Counted from the first letter of the stretch, positions 32,095-41,472 are shown. The stretch is DNA of 64,000 nucleotides from Cellvibrionales bacterium (GCA_042090785.1 JBELIP010000004.1:54045-118044), one strand, 5' to 3'. A program made the numbers and translations. Notes: generated from the letters alone by a model not told the origin.

Positions 32095-33192
32095 TTAACT
32101 GTAAAAACGTTTAATACAGTGACAAACATAATCAATAGTGTCATCACTTAACTGTACCGCAGAGGGTAACCAAAGACCACTATCACCCATTAAATTCGAA
32201 ATAGGATGCTCGCCATCTACATTATATGCAGGCTGTTTATTGATGGGCGGATACATAACACGCGTACCAACATTCTGGTTTTTAAGAAAAGCCATTAATG
32301 GGTCTCTAGACTCGGCGATAACATCAATAAACCATGGCGTGGTATGCGTTAAGTCTTGCGCAAAAAATGTAATTTGTTCAACAGTAGCTAACTGATCTTG
32401 ATACCGTTGATAAATTTCTTTTTTACGCTCTACACGCCAAGGCAATTTTTTCATTTGCTCGATACCAATACATGCTTGTATATCAGTAAATTTAAAGTTC
32501 AAACCCAAACTCTCATGGTAATCATTACCACCACCGCTGCGACCAAAATCTTTTAACTTACGTACCTTATCGGCAATAACATCATCATTTGTAACAACAC
32601 AGCCGCCCTGCCCAGTTGAAATAATTTTTGGCGCCGAAAATGAAAAACTTCCCGCCACTCCAGCCGTTCCAATATGTCGTCCATCGGGGTAACGTGAACC
32701 TAACGATTGTGCGGCATCTTCTAATAACTGCAAATTATGTTCTGCAGCTAAATGCTCAAAAGCATCAATACCCACTAATGGATAACGACCATTGGCTGAC
32801 ATAAACATAATAGCCTTGGTCTTATCGGTAATGGCCTCACGCACACAAGCAATATCTAAACATAAAGTAGCAGCCTCAACATCAACAAATATTGGCTCAA
32901 TACCAAACATTTTTAGCGAATTCGCTGTCGCTATCATTGTGTAGTTAGGCACAATTACCTCATCACCTGCCTGCAAACCACAGGCCAACGCGGCTAAGGA
33001 AAGACTAATGGTGCCGTTATTCACTACAATGCAATGCTTAGCGCCCACATACTCCGCTATTTTATTTTCAAATACTTCGGTCTGCTTAAATTCGGTGACA
33101 AAGCCACCGCCATCCATATATTCACTTAGCGATTGTTTTTCTTCGTCACCGAACCATGGCTGCATTTGCATGATAAATTCGCGATTGTTCAT
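32095..33192 (-). CDS. DegT/DnrJ/EryC1/StrS-family PLP-dependent (sugar) aminotransferase
   Basis: 365 aa with the PLP-lysine region SFSFSAPKIISTGQGG and the typical N-terminal fold motifs (NGTISLSLAALA, GDEVIVPNYT). Confidence 0.85.
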   Translation of the reverse strand: MNNREFIMQMQPWFGDEEKQSLSEYMDGGGFVTEFKQTEVFENKIAEYVGAKHCIVVNNGTISLSLAALACGLQAGDEVIVPNYTMIATANSLKMFGIEPIFVDVEAATLCLDIACVREAITDKTKAIMFMSANGRYPLVGIDAFEHLAAEHNLQLLEDAAQSLGSRYPDGRHIGTAGVAGSFSFSAPKIISTGQGGCVVTNDDVIADKVRKLKDFGRSGGGNDYHESLGLNFKFTDIQACIGIEQMKKLPWRVERKKEIYQRYQDQLATVEQITFFAQDLTHTTPWFIDVIAESRDPLMAFLKNQNVGTRVMYPPINKQPAYNVDGEHPISNLMGDSGLWLPSAVQLSDDTIDYVCHCIKRFYS

Positions 33193-33732
33193 AAATTACC
33201 TAAATATTGACTAAACAAGTTAACTGAATTTTTATTAAACAAACTGGTATGCCTTTTTTTGCAACCTAACGACCTTACTTAACGAAAGTGTAATAGCTAT
33301 AGTAAATCGCTTAGTTTAATAATGAGATCGTCTAAGTTAACCCTATTATAAAAATGAATAATGCTAGAAAGAATAGCACAGACCGCATTTTTCTCGCATT
33401 TAAAGCCATTATCTGGCGTTTAAATGTATTGCTCGCGTTTAAAGATATTAGCTAGTACTGAAATAACATGACTTTATATCAAGCAAAACTGGGTGTAACA
33501 AACATACGGCTATTTATTGATGCACTTAGCTGCCAATAAGTACTAGACGTTAGATGAATGGATCCTTAAATGCGATAAAAGCCCGATAAAAAACACAAAA
33601 CAACAATGAATAATGTAAAATCAATAGCTAGTCTTTAAATAGTAACACTTTAAAACCGAGCCAAGGGCTGCATTACAAGCCACGAGTCAGCCAAACACTA
33701 TGACTGAACACCATAAATAAAAGAGAAAAAAT

Positions 33733-34149
33733 ATGCCTTTATTCTACCGCCTACTTATTTGCATCGTTGTTGCAACACCACTATCTGCTGTTTATACCGG
33801 CTGGGTACACGACAACACCATTAACTACCTATTTAATACAGATGCTGCCATTGCCTTTTCAAGCACCGCAATACTCTGCATACTATTAAGCCAAATAAAC
33901 TTTAGCGGCGCGTCGTTTCGCTTACCACGCATGCGTAAAGCCGCCGAAGGTAGAGAAATTGGCACGGTTAAGTGGTTTAGCGGCAGTAAAGGCTTTGGCT
34001 TTATTACCCGCGATAACGGCGAAGAAATTTTTGTACACTTTCGCTCTATGCAAAAAGACAGCAAACGCCTTGGGCCTGGTCTCGATGTTGAATACGCTGT
34101 CATTGATGGCGACAAAGGGCCAGAAGCTGCTGATGTGATTGTTGTATAA
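33733..34149 (+). CDS. cold-shock-domain protein, possibly with an N-terminal hydrophobic extension
   Basis: The C-terminal 70 aa, GTVKWFSGSKGFGFITRDNGEEIFVHF..., is a canonical CSD with RNP1/RNP2 motifs. The N-terminal 66 aa contain two hydrophobic segments. An alternative start at ATG 33931 would give a standard 72-aa Csp, but no SD precedes it. Confidence 0.75.
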   Translation: MPLFYRLLICIVVATPLSAVYTGWVHDNTINYLFNTDAAIAFSSTAILCILLSQINFSGASFRLPRMRKAAEGREIGTVKWFSGSKGFGFITRDNGEEIFVHFRSMQKDSKRLGPGLDVEYAVIDGDKGPEAADVIVV

Positions 34150-34382
34150 GCTTTAGCTTTACTACACTAACAAACCTTTCGCGACGGCCGCTAGGTCGTC
34201 GCAACGCGACGTCAATGTAATCTCAATAAAACATCAATGAAACTCTCCATTAGTATTTTATTCTTAATCAGTACAAGCAAAATACGCCGCATTGCGTCTT
34301 ATGCTTTTATTGACACCCTCTTAGCAATAAAATACCTTTAGACTTAATCAATAATTATTCAATTTGTACAAAAGGTAATCAC

Positions 34383-34730
34383 TTGAGATCAAATCGCGTT
34401 TATAGCACCGACCAAGGCCGCATTTGTCCATCGTGTGACCAAGCCAAAGATAACTGTCGCTGTAAAACCGCTGTAATGCCCAGTAAAAGTGACGGCATCA
34501 TTCGTATACGTCGAGAGACTAAAGGCCGTAAAGGCGCTGGGGTGACCATTATTGATGGTTTAGCATTAGAAGCTAGCGAATTAAAGAAATTGGTCAAGAA
34601 GATTAAACAAAGCTGTTCGAGTGGCGGTGCTATTAAAGAGGGTAGTGTTGAAATTCAAGGCGAGCATCGTGAAGGCATTAAAGCATTACTAGAAAAAGCG
34701 GGCTATACCGTTAAATTATCGGGTGGTTAA
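34383..34730 (+). CDS. yciH: translation initiation factor SUI1/YciH family
   Basis: 115 aa (TTG start after AAGG). VYSTDQGRICP...IRIRRETKGRKGAGVTIIDGL...GGAIKEGSVEIQGEHRE...GYTVKLSGG aligns with E. coli YciH from memory. Confidence 0.88.
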   Translation: MRSNRVYSTDQGRICPSCDQAKDNCRCKTAVMPSKSDGIIRIRRETKGRKGAGVTIIDGLALEASELKKLVKKIKQSCSSGGAIKEGSVEIQGEHREGIKALLEKAGYTVKLSGG

Positions 34731-34764
34731 TTAATCAACATATGGCTCCTTGAAAAAAATCCAT

Positions 34765-34795
34765 AAAAAAAGGCCTGCTAATGCAGGCCTTTTTC
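34765..34795. terminator. bidirectional terminator between yciH and the convergent OMP gene
   Basis: AAAAAA-AGGCCTGC-TAAT-GCAGGCCT-TTTTT. Confidence 0.85.
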
Positions 34796-34823
34796 TTAAC
34801 TCAGTTTATCTGTTTAGATAATC

Positions 34824-35453
34824 TTATAAATCAAACGATTTGCTAAGATCTAAAACGATGTAACCGTCGTTGCCATTGTCGCTATCAACACCGAATTGAC
34901 CGCCAATAGTTAGCGCAGCAGTTAAACCAGCAACATCAGCTGAAGTAGATACTTCAACCCAGTTGTAGTCAGCATTATCTGCGTCTGAATCAACTTGACC
35001 AACTAAAAGGTTTACGTTGCCAACATTGTAGTTAGCAGTAATAACAGAAGAATCTGCAGTATCGTCACCAGCAGCATCTTCACCAGAAACGTCAGCGTAG
35101 CTTAAGCCAAGACCAGCAAAAGTAAGCGCTAAAGTAAGGTCAGTTTCGTTGTTATCACCCTGCCAGCTGTATGAGTAGTTAGTGTAGCTAACGTCAACAC
35201 CTACATCACCAACAGTTGTTGCATAACCAACATAAATATCACGCTCAAGCGCTGAATTCATATCAATAGCCCAAACACCTGCGTAAAAACCGCCTGCTGA
35301 GTAATCGATAGAAGCGTATGCTGAACTTTCGTTTAACTGAACACCACGGAAGTAGTAATCAGATACTGCACCGCCAGTAAGGCTAACTTCTGCTTGTGCT
35401 AATGTTGCTGATGCTAATGATGCAACTGCAATTGCTTTAAATAAAGTTTTCAT
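34824..35453 (-). CDS. TIGR02001-family outer-membrane beta-barrel protein
   Basis: Has a signal peptide (MKTLFKAIAVASLASATLAQA), then LTGGAVSDYYFRGVQLNESSAYASIDY..GGFYAGVWA, typical of this proteobacterial family. Ends in an aromatic-containing C-terminal strand. Confidence 0.75.
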   Translation of the reverse strand: MKTLFKAIAVASLASATLAQAEVSLTGGAVSDYYFRGVQLNESSAYASIDYSAGGFYAGVWAIDMNSALERDIYVGYATTVGDVGVDVSYTNYSYSWQGDNNETDLTLALTFAGLGLSYADVSGEDAAGDDTADSSVITANYNVGNVNLLVGQVDSDADNADYNWVEVSTSADVAGLTAALTIGGQFGVDSDNGNDGYIVLDLSKSFDL

Positions 35454-35571
35454 AGTGGATGCTCCGTAAATCTTGTTTTAATTAAGTTTGTATAACAGTA
35501 AAAGAACTTTTATATGCTTTCGTTCTGGTTAACAGATTAGGTAATGAACGCTCTAACGGCCAGACTTAATC

Positions 35572-35605
35572 GCGTTTAAAATTTACATTTAGTATTTTTA
35601 AACGC
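35572..35605. repeat. 10-bp perfect inverted repeat (GCGTTTAAAA N14 TTTTAAACGC) upstream of the OMP gene
   Basis: Read directly. AT-rich, so it is more likely an operator-like palindrome than a stable terminator. Confidence 0.6.
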
Positions 35606-35848
35606 AAGAAACTTGCAAAAGTTACAGATTATAGGGATTTAACGTTAAATATGATTAAACGATGATCGCTTTTTGTAATAACAGCTTATAACTTAATCAA
35701 TTAGGTGCATTTATAACGATTTTTATTATTCAGAAAATAAGCACTAGGTACTTGAAAATAAAATAAAAATAGATTTAAAAAATATTGAACAAGGCAACAC
35801 CTAAACAACAGTTTATTTATTAAACTCATCAACAGTAAACTCTAACGA

Positions 35849-37339
35849 TTAAGATATGCTTAACCCATTTTCACGCATCTTAGCCATTTTATAACGCAGC
35901 GTTCGCGGGCTAATACCTAGTTTTTCTGCTGCTTGTTTTTTTGAACCACCAGCATCATTTAACGCAGTAATAATAATTTCATACTCGCGTTGCTTTAAAT
36001 CAGCACTGTAATTAACCGTCACTTCTTCTGATACTGCTTCACTCTGGTTATTACTTATAAGATCCTGATGACTATTAATATCTTGTTGCTGGCTATTAAT
36101 AGACGGCTGAAGGCTTTTATTAATAGAAGGCTGAAGGCTTTTGTTGATAGATGGCTGAAGGCTCTGATCAAATAACAAATCATTAGGATAAATAGTATCG
36201 CCCGCTTGCAATATTAAAGCGCGCTGCACAATGTTATCTAATTCGCGTACATTGCCAGGCCACGCATAAGTGAGTAAGCATTGCTCGGCCTCTGAAGAAA
36301 AACCTACCTGACCACGACCCATTTTTTGTGCATGCTGTGATAATAAATATTCTGCTAAGGGAATAACATCATCTAAACGCTCTCGCAGCGCAGGCCAGCG
36401 CACAGGAAATACACTTAAACGGTAAAATAAGTCTTCCCTAAAATTTCCTTCGCTAACACAGTGCTTAAGGTCTCGATTAGTCGTGGCAATAATCCTGACA
36501 TCTAACGCAATAACTTTGCGACCACCCACACGTTCAACTTCTCGCTCTTGCAAAACTCGTAACAATTTAGCCTGCAAAGATAAGTCCATTTCGGACACTT
36601 CATCTAATAATAAAGTACCACCATTCGCTTGCTCAAATTTTCCTGGCGCCGATTGATGCGCGCCGGTAAAAGCACCTTTTTCATGACCGAACAAAGTTGC
36701 TTCAAGCATTGTCTCAGGAATTGCTGCGCAGTTAATTGCAATAAAAGGTGCAGCTTTACGAGTGGAGTGAGTATGAATATAACGAGCAATAACTTCTTTA
36801 CCGGTACCTGACTCACCAGAAATCAAAACGGTGGAATCAGTCATTGCTACACGCTTAGCCATTTGAAATAAATCACGACTTACTTGCGAAGCAATAACAG
36901 GACCGTCGTTTTCTGATAATTGCCCAACCGTGTAACGACGTACTAAATCGATTAAGGTACTAGGATCAAACGGTTTAACAAGGTAATCAACCGCACCAGA
37001 TTGAATAGCACTCACAGAGCGATCGATACTGGCATAGGCAGTAATTAATAGCACCGGTAAAAAAGGATAATTTTTTTTAATCGCATCTAATAGCTGATGA
37101 CCGTCCATGCCGCCCATATTGACATCCGAGATCACCATATCGAAACGCTGTTGATTCAGGCTCTCTAGTGCCTGCTCACCTGAATCGGCAGCCACGGCAT
37201 TTAAACCCGATAATTCAAGCGTGTCGACAATAGCTTCTTGTAAGGCAAGATCGTCTTCAACCACTAAGATGGTGGTTAGTGTTTTGGTAGCTGATAGCGT
37301 GGCATCATTACTATCAATACATTCTACTGATGCGCTCAT
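35849..37339 (-). CDS. fleR: sigma-54-dependent two-component response regulator
   Basis: 496 aa with a receiver domain (ILVVEDD...DVNMGGMDG), an AAA+ sigma-54 activator core (GESGTGKE, GAFTGA, ESELFGHEKGAFTG-like) and a C-terminal Fis-type HTH. Located downstream of fleS. Confidence 0.9.
   Translation of the reverse strand: MSASVECIDSNDATLSATKTLTTILVVEDDLALQEAIVDTLELSGLNAVAADSGEQALESLNQQRFDMVISDVNMGGMDGHQLLDAIKKNYPFLPVLLITAYASIDRSVSAIQSGAVDYLVKPFDPSTLIDLVRRYTVGQLSENDGPVIASQVSRDLFQMAKRVAMTDSTVLISGESGTGKEVIARYIHTHSTRKAAPFIAINCAAIPETMLEATLFGHEKGAFTGAHQSAPGKFEQANGGTLLLDEVSEMDLSLQAKLLRVLQEREVERVGGRKVIALDVRIIATTNRDLKHCVSEGNFREDLFYRLSVFPVRWPALRERLDDVIPLAEYLLSQHAQKMGRGQVGFSSEAEQCLLTYAWPGNVRELDNIVQRALILQAGDTIYPNDLLFDQSLQPSINKSLQPSINKSLQPSINSQQQDINSHQDLISNNQSEAVSEEVTVNYSADLKQREYEIIITALNDAGGSKKQAAEKLGISPRTLRYKMAKMRENGLSIS
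36095..36166 (-). repeat. 3 x 24-nt in-frame tandem repeat in the fleR linker (encodes SLQPSINK x3)
   Basis: The units are 36095..36118, 36119..36142 and 36143..36166. They lie between the AAA+ domain and the HTH. Confidence 0.9.
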
Positions 37340-37349
37340 AAGGTATTCT

Positions 37350-38594
37350 CTAACCCGCTGTTAAATGATGTGACGCGGCATGAATACAAGGCAGCTTAAT
37401 TAATGCCTGTGTACCACAACCTTCGGTTGAGGTTAATTCAAACTCACCTTGATGCGCTTTAACTACTGCACGAACCACTGCTAAGCCCAAACCTGTGCCT
37501 TGTGATTTCGTTGAAACAAATGCTTCTTCTTGCTGCAAACGTTGCATTATATTTTCGGGAATACCACAGCCGCGGTCTTCTATCGAAATTACAATGTCGC
37601 GGCCTTCACGACGAGTCGTTAATTGAATATCCGCACCCACTTCTGATGCTTGTAATGCGTTATTCACTAAGTTACTTAAGGCGCCAATCATGGTTTGCGT
37701 ATTACAAATAATGCGTGAGTCACTAAAATCATTATTAATTAATAAGCTTGCTTTATTCGCTGACAGCGGCACATCAACGGCAACTTTTAACTCTTCAAGC
37801 ATTGAACCTATTGTCATAGAGTCAGATAACGTAACGTCGCCTTTTGCAAATACCAACATGTCGCGTACTTGCTGCTCTAAATTATTTAAACGCGAAACAA
37901 TTTTTTGCGAAAAGCGTTTAGTTTGTTCGCGTGTTAAATCACGCTCACTTAAATGACTGGCATATAAAATAGCTGCCGATAAAGGCGTGCGGATTTGATG
38001 CGCTAATGCCGAAACCATTCGCCCTAACGCTGACAAACGTTGGCCGCGGCTCACCTGTTCTTGTAAGCGACGCGTTTCGGTTTGGTCGGTTAATAAAATA
38101 ATTTGGCCCGTTTCTTCTTCTAAAGAGCGCGTTGATAAACTCACGCGCTTGCCATTTTTCATAGAAATTTCATGGCCATCATCTTTTTGCGGCGCAAAAA
38201 ATTCGGCAATAATATCTACCCACTTTCGGCCTTCTAAACCCGATGCTAATAATTCTTCGCCTGCCGGATTAATTTGCGAAACCGTACCCCAGCGATCTAA
38301 CACCACAACACCGCCAGGCAATAAATCTAGTAGATTACTTAAACGGGCAGTGACTTGCTCTTTTGAGCGCACCTCTTGCTCACGCTGTAAATTCACCCGA
38401 TCGAGTTCGTCGGTCAGTGCCGATACGCGCCCTTCGAGTGCACGATAAGATTCCGACAAATCATCGGACATGCGATTAAATAATTCAAAGGTTGCCTGTA
38501 GCCCTTCTTTACTATTGGTATCCAAGCTATCGATAGCGGTTGTTTTAGCGCTGGAATTAGCGTCGGTAAAATCAGAGGCGGTTACTGGCGGCAT
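37350..38594 (-). CDS. fleS: flagellar two-component sensor histidine kinase (cytoplasmic PAS-HK)
   Basis: Has the H-box SALGRMVSALAHQIRTPLS and an ATPase domain (N, G1, G2 boxes). The start is chosen at ATG 38594 (MPPVTAS...) because the longer ORF start at 38675 lies only about 19 nt downstream of the sigma-54 promoter. Confidence 0.88.
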   Translation of the reverse strand: MPPVTASDFTDANSSAKTTAIDSLDTNSKEGLQATFELFNRMSDDLSESYRALEGRVSALTDELDRVNLQREQEVRSKEQVTARLSNLLDLLPGGVVVLDRWGTVSQINPAGEELLASGLEGRKWVDIIAEFFAPQKDDGHEISMKNGKRVSLSTRSLEEETGQIILLTDQTETRRLQEQVSRGQRLSALGRMVSALAHQIRTPLSAAILYASHLSERDLTREQTKRFSQKIVSRLNNLEQQVRDMLVFAKGDVTLSDSMTIGSMLEELKVAVDVPLSANKASLLINNDFSDSRIICNTQTMIGALSNLVNNALQASEVGADIQLTTRREGRDIVISIEDRGCGIPENIMQRLQQEEAFVSTKSQGTGLGLAVVRAVVKAHQGEFELTSTEGCGTQALIKLPCIHAASHHLTAG

Positions 38595-38693
38595 AATGCA
38601 TCTCGGTATTCGATTGAGTGCATGGTTGAGAGCGATGCGAAAATAAGACAATCGCCACAGTTTCAACACATACATTACTTAATACGTTGATTC

Positions 38694-38709
38694 TGCAAGC
38701 AGTGTGCCG
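38694..38709 (-). promoter_or_regulatory. sigma-54 (-24/-12) promoter for fleSR
   Basis: The minus strand reads cGGCACactgcTTGCA, with correct GG-N10-GC spacing, inside the fleQ-fleS intergenic region. Confidence 0.75.
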
Positions 38710-38832
38710 AGAAGAATTAATACAATAATATCAATTAGTTATATTATTTTATGAGTAAAAATTAGACTCTCGAGTCAATCTTTTGTCATAAGTTAAACAA
38801 TTGACGGGGCTAACAACAAAAAGTCCCAATGA

Positions 38833-40335
38833 TTAAGCGCGATTTAAATCATACTTGCGCATTTTTTCAACCAGTGTGGTGCGTCGAATTTGCAGCTTGT
38901 CTGCCGCTCTCGCAACAACGCCGCTGGCGTCATCCAACGCTTGCTGAATTAAGTTTTGCTCTAATGATGCAATGTAGGCTTTAAGATCAATACCTTCGTG
39001 CGGCAGCAATGGTTTAGCATCAATATTAACGATGTTGGCGACGGCTTGCAGTGCCGCTAAATGCTGACCTTTTGCCTCTTCGCCTTCATCTTCGTTGGGT
39101 TCTTCGACATAACGAAATTTCGCCGGTAGATCTTTTACGCCAGCAACGCCATACGGATACATAATGGCCATGCGTTCAACCAAGTTGGCTAACTCGCGCA
39201 CATTACCCGCCCAGTTATGTTGGCAAAGCGACATAATGGCGGCCGAGTTAAAGCGTATTGAGCCTCGCTGCTCGTTCTCTAGCCGTGAAATGAGTTCATT
39301 TAATAGCAGCGGCAAATCTTCTACGCGCTCACGTAATGCTGGCATTTCTATGGGAAATACATTTAAGCGGTAATAAAGATCTTCGCGAAAATCACCACTT
39401 TCAATCATAGTATCTAGGTTTTTATGTGTTGCAGCAATTATGCGCACATCAGCATGGTAAGTTTTGTTTCCGCCCACTCGCTCAAAGGTTCTTTCTTGCA
39501 GGGCACGCAGAATTTTAACCTGCATATTCAGCGGCATATCGCCAATTTCATCTAAAAATAATGTACCGCCTTGGGCCATTTCAAAGCGTCCAGCACGGCT
39601 GCTAATGGCGCCAGTAAAAGCACCTTTTTCATGACCGAACAATTCGCTTTCTAATAACTCTGGCGGAATAGCACCGCAATTAACCGGCACAAACGGCTGC
39701 TGACGGCGCGGCGAATGGTAATGTAAGTTACGCGCTACCACTTCTTTACCGGTACCAGATTCGCCGGTAATTAACACCGTGACATCTTTATCGGCTACTT
39801 GCGCCATGTGTTCGCGCACCTGTTGAATTTTTCGACTAGTGCCAACTAAGCTGCGAAATAATTGAGGGTCACGATGGACGTTGCGATTAAACGATTCACT
39901 GTGTTGCTCGCGATACACTTGGGCACGATGTAAATCATCAACAATACGCGCATAGTTAGGTGGCATTTGTATTTGTGAAATAACCGGGCGCATGATATCG
40001 GGGTCTAGCGAGTGATCGACGGGGGTATTTTTTATAGCGCCAGACTCTGAATTAGCGGTTTGAGGTGAATTAACAGGGTGATCAACTAAAATCACCGGAA
40101 GATGATTTTGCCATTGCTGTGCAATAGCCAAACGCTCATCTAACGGCTGGGCATCATCACCCAACACCAACAATGTTAGATTGCCATCGTCATTGCTCGC
40201 CTGAACGTCGGGATCTAGCCACTCTTGATAAGACAATGCCCGCACGGGCTCGCCAATAAAGTCAAAAACTAGCTGTAAATCCTGTCGTCTGCGCTCATCA
40301 CTATCAACAATAACAATGCGTGTTTCTTCCCACAT
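38833..40335 (-). CDS. fleQ: flagellar master regulator, sigma-54-dependent activator
   Basis: 500 aa. MWEETRIVIVDSDERRRQDLQLVFDFIGE resembles the P. aeruginosa FleQ N-terminus. AAA+ core (GESGTGKE, GAFTGA) and C-terminal HTH present. Confidence 0.92.
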   Translation of the reverse strand: MWEETRIVIVDSDERRRQDLQLVFDFIGEPVRALSYQEWLDPDVQASNDDGNLTLLVLGDDAQPLDERLAIAQQWQNHLPVILVDHPVNSPQTANSESGAIKNTPVDHSLDPDIMRPVISQIQMPPNYARIVDDLHRAQVYREQHSESFNRNVHRDPQLFRSLVGTSRKIQQVREHMAQVADKDVTVLITGESGTGKEVVARNLHYHSPRRQQPFVPVNCGAIPPELLESELFGHEKGAFTGAISSRAGRFEMAQGGTLFLDEIGDMPLNMQVKILRALQERTFERVGGNKTYHADVRIIAATHKNLDTMIESGDFREDLYYRLNVFPIEMPALRERVEDLPLLLNELISRLENEQRGSIRFNSAAIMSLCQHNWAGNVRELANLVERMAIMYPYGVAGVKDLPAKFRYVEEPNEDEGEEAKGQHLAALQAVANIVNIDAKPLLPHEGIDLKAYIASLEQNLIQQALDDASGVVARAADKLQIRRTTLVEKMRKYDLNRA

Positions 40336-40668
40336 AAACTTCCCAAATACCTTGCTCAGTCATTTATGCCTTAAGATTCAGCATAAATGTCATAGTTTTG
40401 ACCAATAAGGCGGGAGTCTTGAAAAGCGATAGCTTCGCAGTCAAAACTCTGACACTTTTGAAGCCGAGATTATGTAAGAGAATGCTCGAGCAAGCAATGC
40501 TTATTCGTAAAAAAACCTTCAAATTCATTCACTTCTCAAAAAAAAATGATAACGCCCGCACAAAAATCGCTAGCGCAAAAATAACAGGGCTTAAAAGGGA
40601 GGTTTTTAAACTGAGAGGGGAATATTTTAATGGTGACAATAATAAATGCTTATTTAACGAGCAAAAAA

Positions 40669-41049
40669 CTACAATGAAGACGTCGATACATAATGATCGG
40701 TAGCTGATCGTCCCATATTCACTTCATTAAGCTTGGCGGACAACACATCACGCTCGGCAGCACATTGCTGCTGCATAGCTTGATAAATAGTCGCCAACTT
40801 TTCAAGGCCGGGCTTTAACGCCTCTAACGATGAACTTTCATACTTACCTGCAGCCGCTGCTGATGCGTTAATGGCGACAATTTCGGCTTCAACGCAGGGC
40901 TGGGTATAGTCATTCAACTGCGAGATACTTAACCAGTCTGCCGCTGCATAAGCGGCTTCAAAAGCGTTAATCAATTGGTCCAGTGACGGCGTTGCCGCAT
41001 CACCTAATTGCCATACTGGTGATAATGTTTTATTCAAAATCACCCCCAA
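40669..41049 (-). CDS. small flagellar-locus protein at the FliT/FleP (PA1096-equivalent) position
   Basis: 126-aa helical Ala/Gln-rich ORF (TTG or GTG start) immediately after the fliS stop. The assignment rests on position only. Confidence 0.45.
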   Translation of the reverse strand: MGVILNKTLSPVWQLGDAATPSLDQLINAFEAAYAAADWLSISQLNDYTQPCVEAEIVAINASAAAAGKYESSSLEALKPGLEKLATIYQAMQQQCAAERDVLSAKLNEVNMGRSATDHYVSTSSL

Positions 41050-41472
41050 CTAAACCGAAACTGATTCACTGGATGCTTGAGATAAAACCTCAGACCGAAT
41101 GTCATTCCAGCCAGCCTGAAGTTCCCGCAGCACATTGGCGGACTGATCAAGCGCTAACTCATCATTATTGCTATTGGCTTCACTTAACCGACCGGTTACA
41201 AAGGTATACAGCGCAGAAAGGTTCGTGCCTAAACTTTTTTGCTCAGCGTCTACATTAACACTATCTAACAAGCCGCCAACAATACCAATAGCCTTACTAA
41301 TAGCCTCGCCTTTACCGGCTAAATCGCTTCGCTGCATGCAACCTTTCGCTATTGAAATTTGTTCTAAGGCACCCGCAAATAACATTTGAATTAAACGATG
41401 CGGATCAGCATCGACAACACCGGTTTGTGTATTGATAGATTTATATTGTTGCCCTGCTTGTAAGTTTTTCAT
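41050..41472 (-). CDS. fliS: flagellin-specific chaperone FliS
   Basis: 140 aa with PHRLIQMLFAGALEQISIAKG...KAIGIVGGLLDSVN, typical of FliS. Confidence 0.9.
   Translation of the reverse strand: MKNLQAGQQYKSINTQTGVVDADPHRLIQMLFAGALEQISIAKGCMQRSDLAGKGEAISKAIGIVGGLLDSVNVDAEQKSLGTNLSALYTFVTGRLSEANSNNDELALDQSANVLRELQAGWNDIRSEVLSQASSESVSV

Noticed and set aside
34175-34215. GCGACG / CGTCGC / GCGACG segments downstream of the csp gene that could form two mutually exclusive hairpins (switch-like).
   Set aside because: The stems are only 5 to 6 bp, there is no adjacent U-tract or ORF to couple to, and this kind of triplet arises easily from a short GC-rich palindrome. The evidence for a regulatory switch is insufficient.
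33396-35605. Recurring GCGTTTAAA motif (33416, 33435, variant at 33396, and both arms of the 35572..35605 palindrome), considered as a possible shared operator flanking the csp-yciH-OMP block.
   Set aside because: The same 10-mer, GCGTTTAAAA, also occurs at 15925..15934 in the unrelated rplT-pheS spacer. The motif is AT-rich and likely to recur by chance in AT-rich intergenic DNA, and I cannot compute its genome-wide frequency here. The observations are kept only as a low-confidence note under the individual features.
40398-40703. A 101-aa Lys-rich plus-strand ORF in the fleQ upstream region.
   Set aside because: It has a non-ATG start, no SD and a low-complexity basic composition. It occupies the AT-rich fleQ promoter region and overlaps the 3' end of the FliT-position ORF. 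It is probably spurious.
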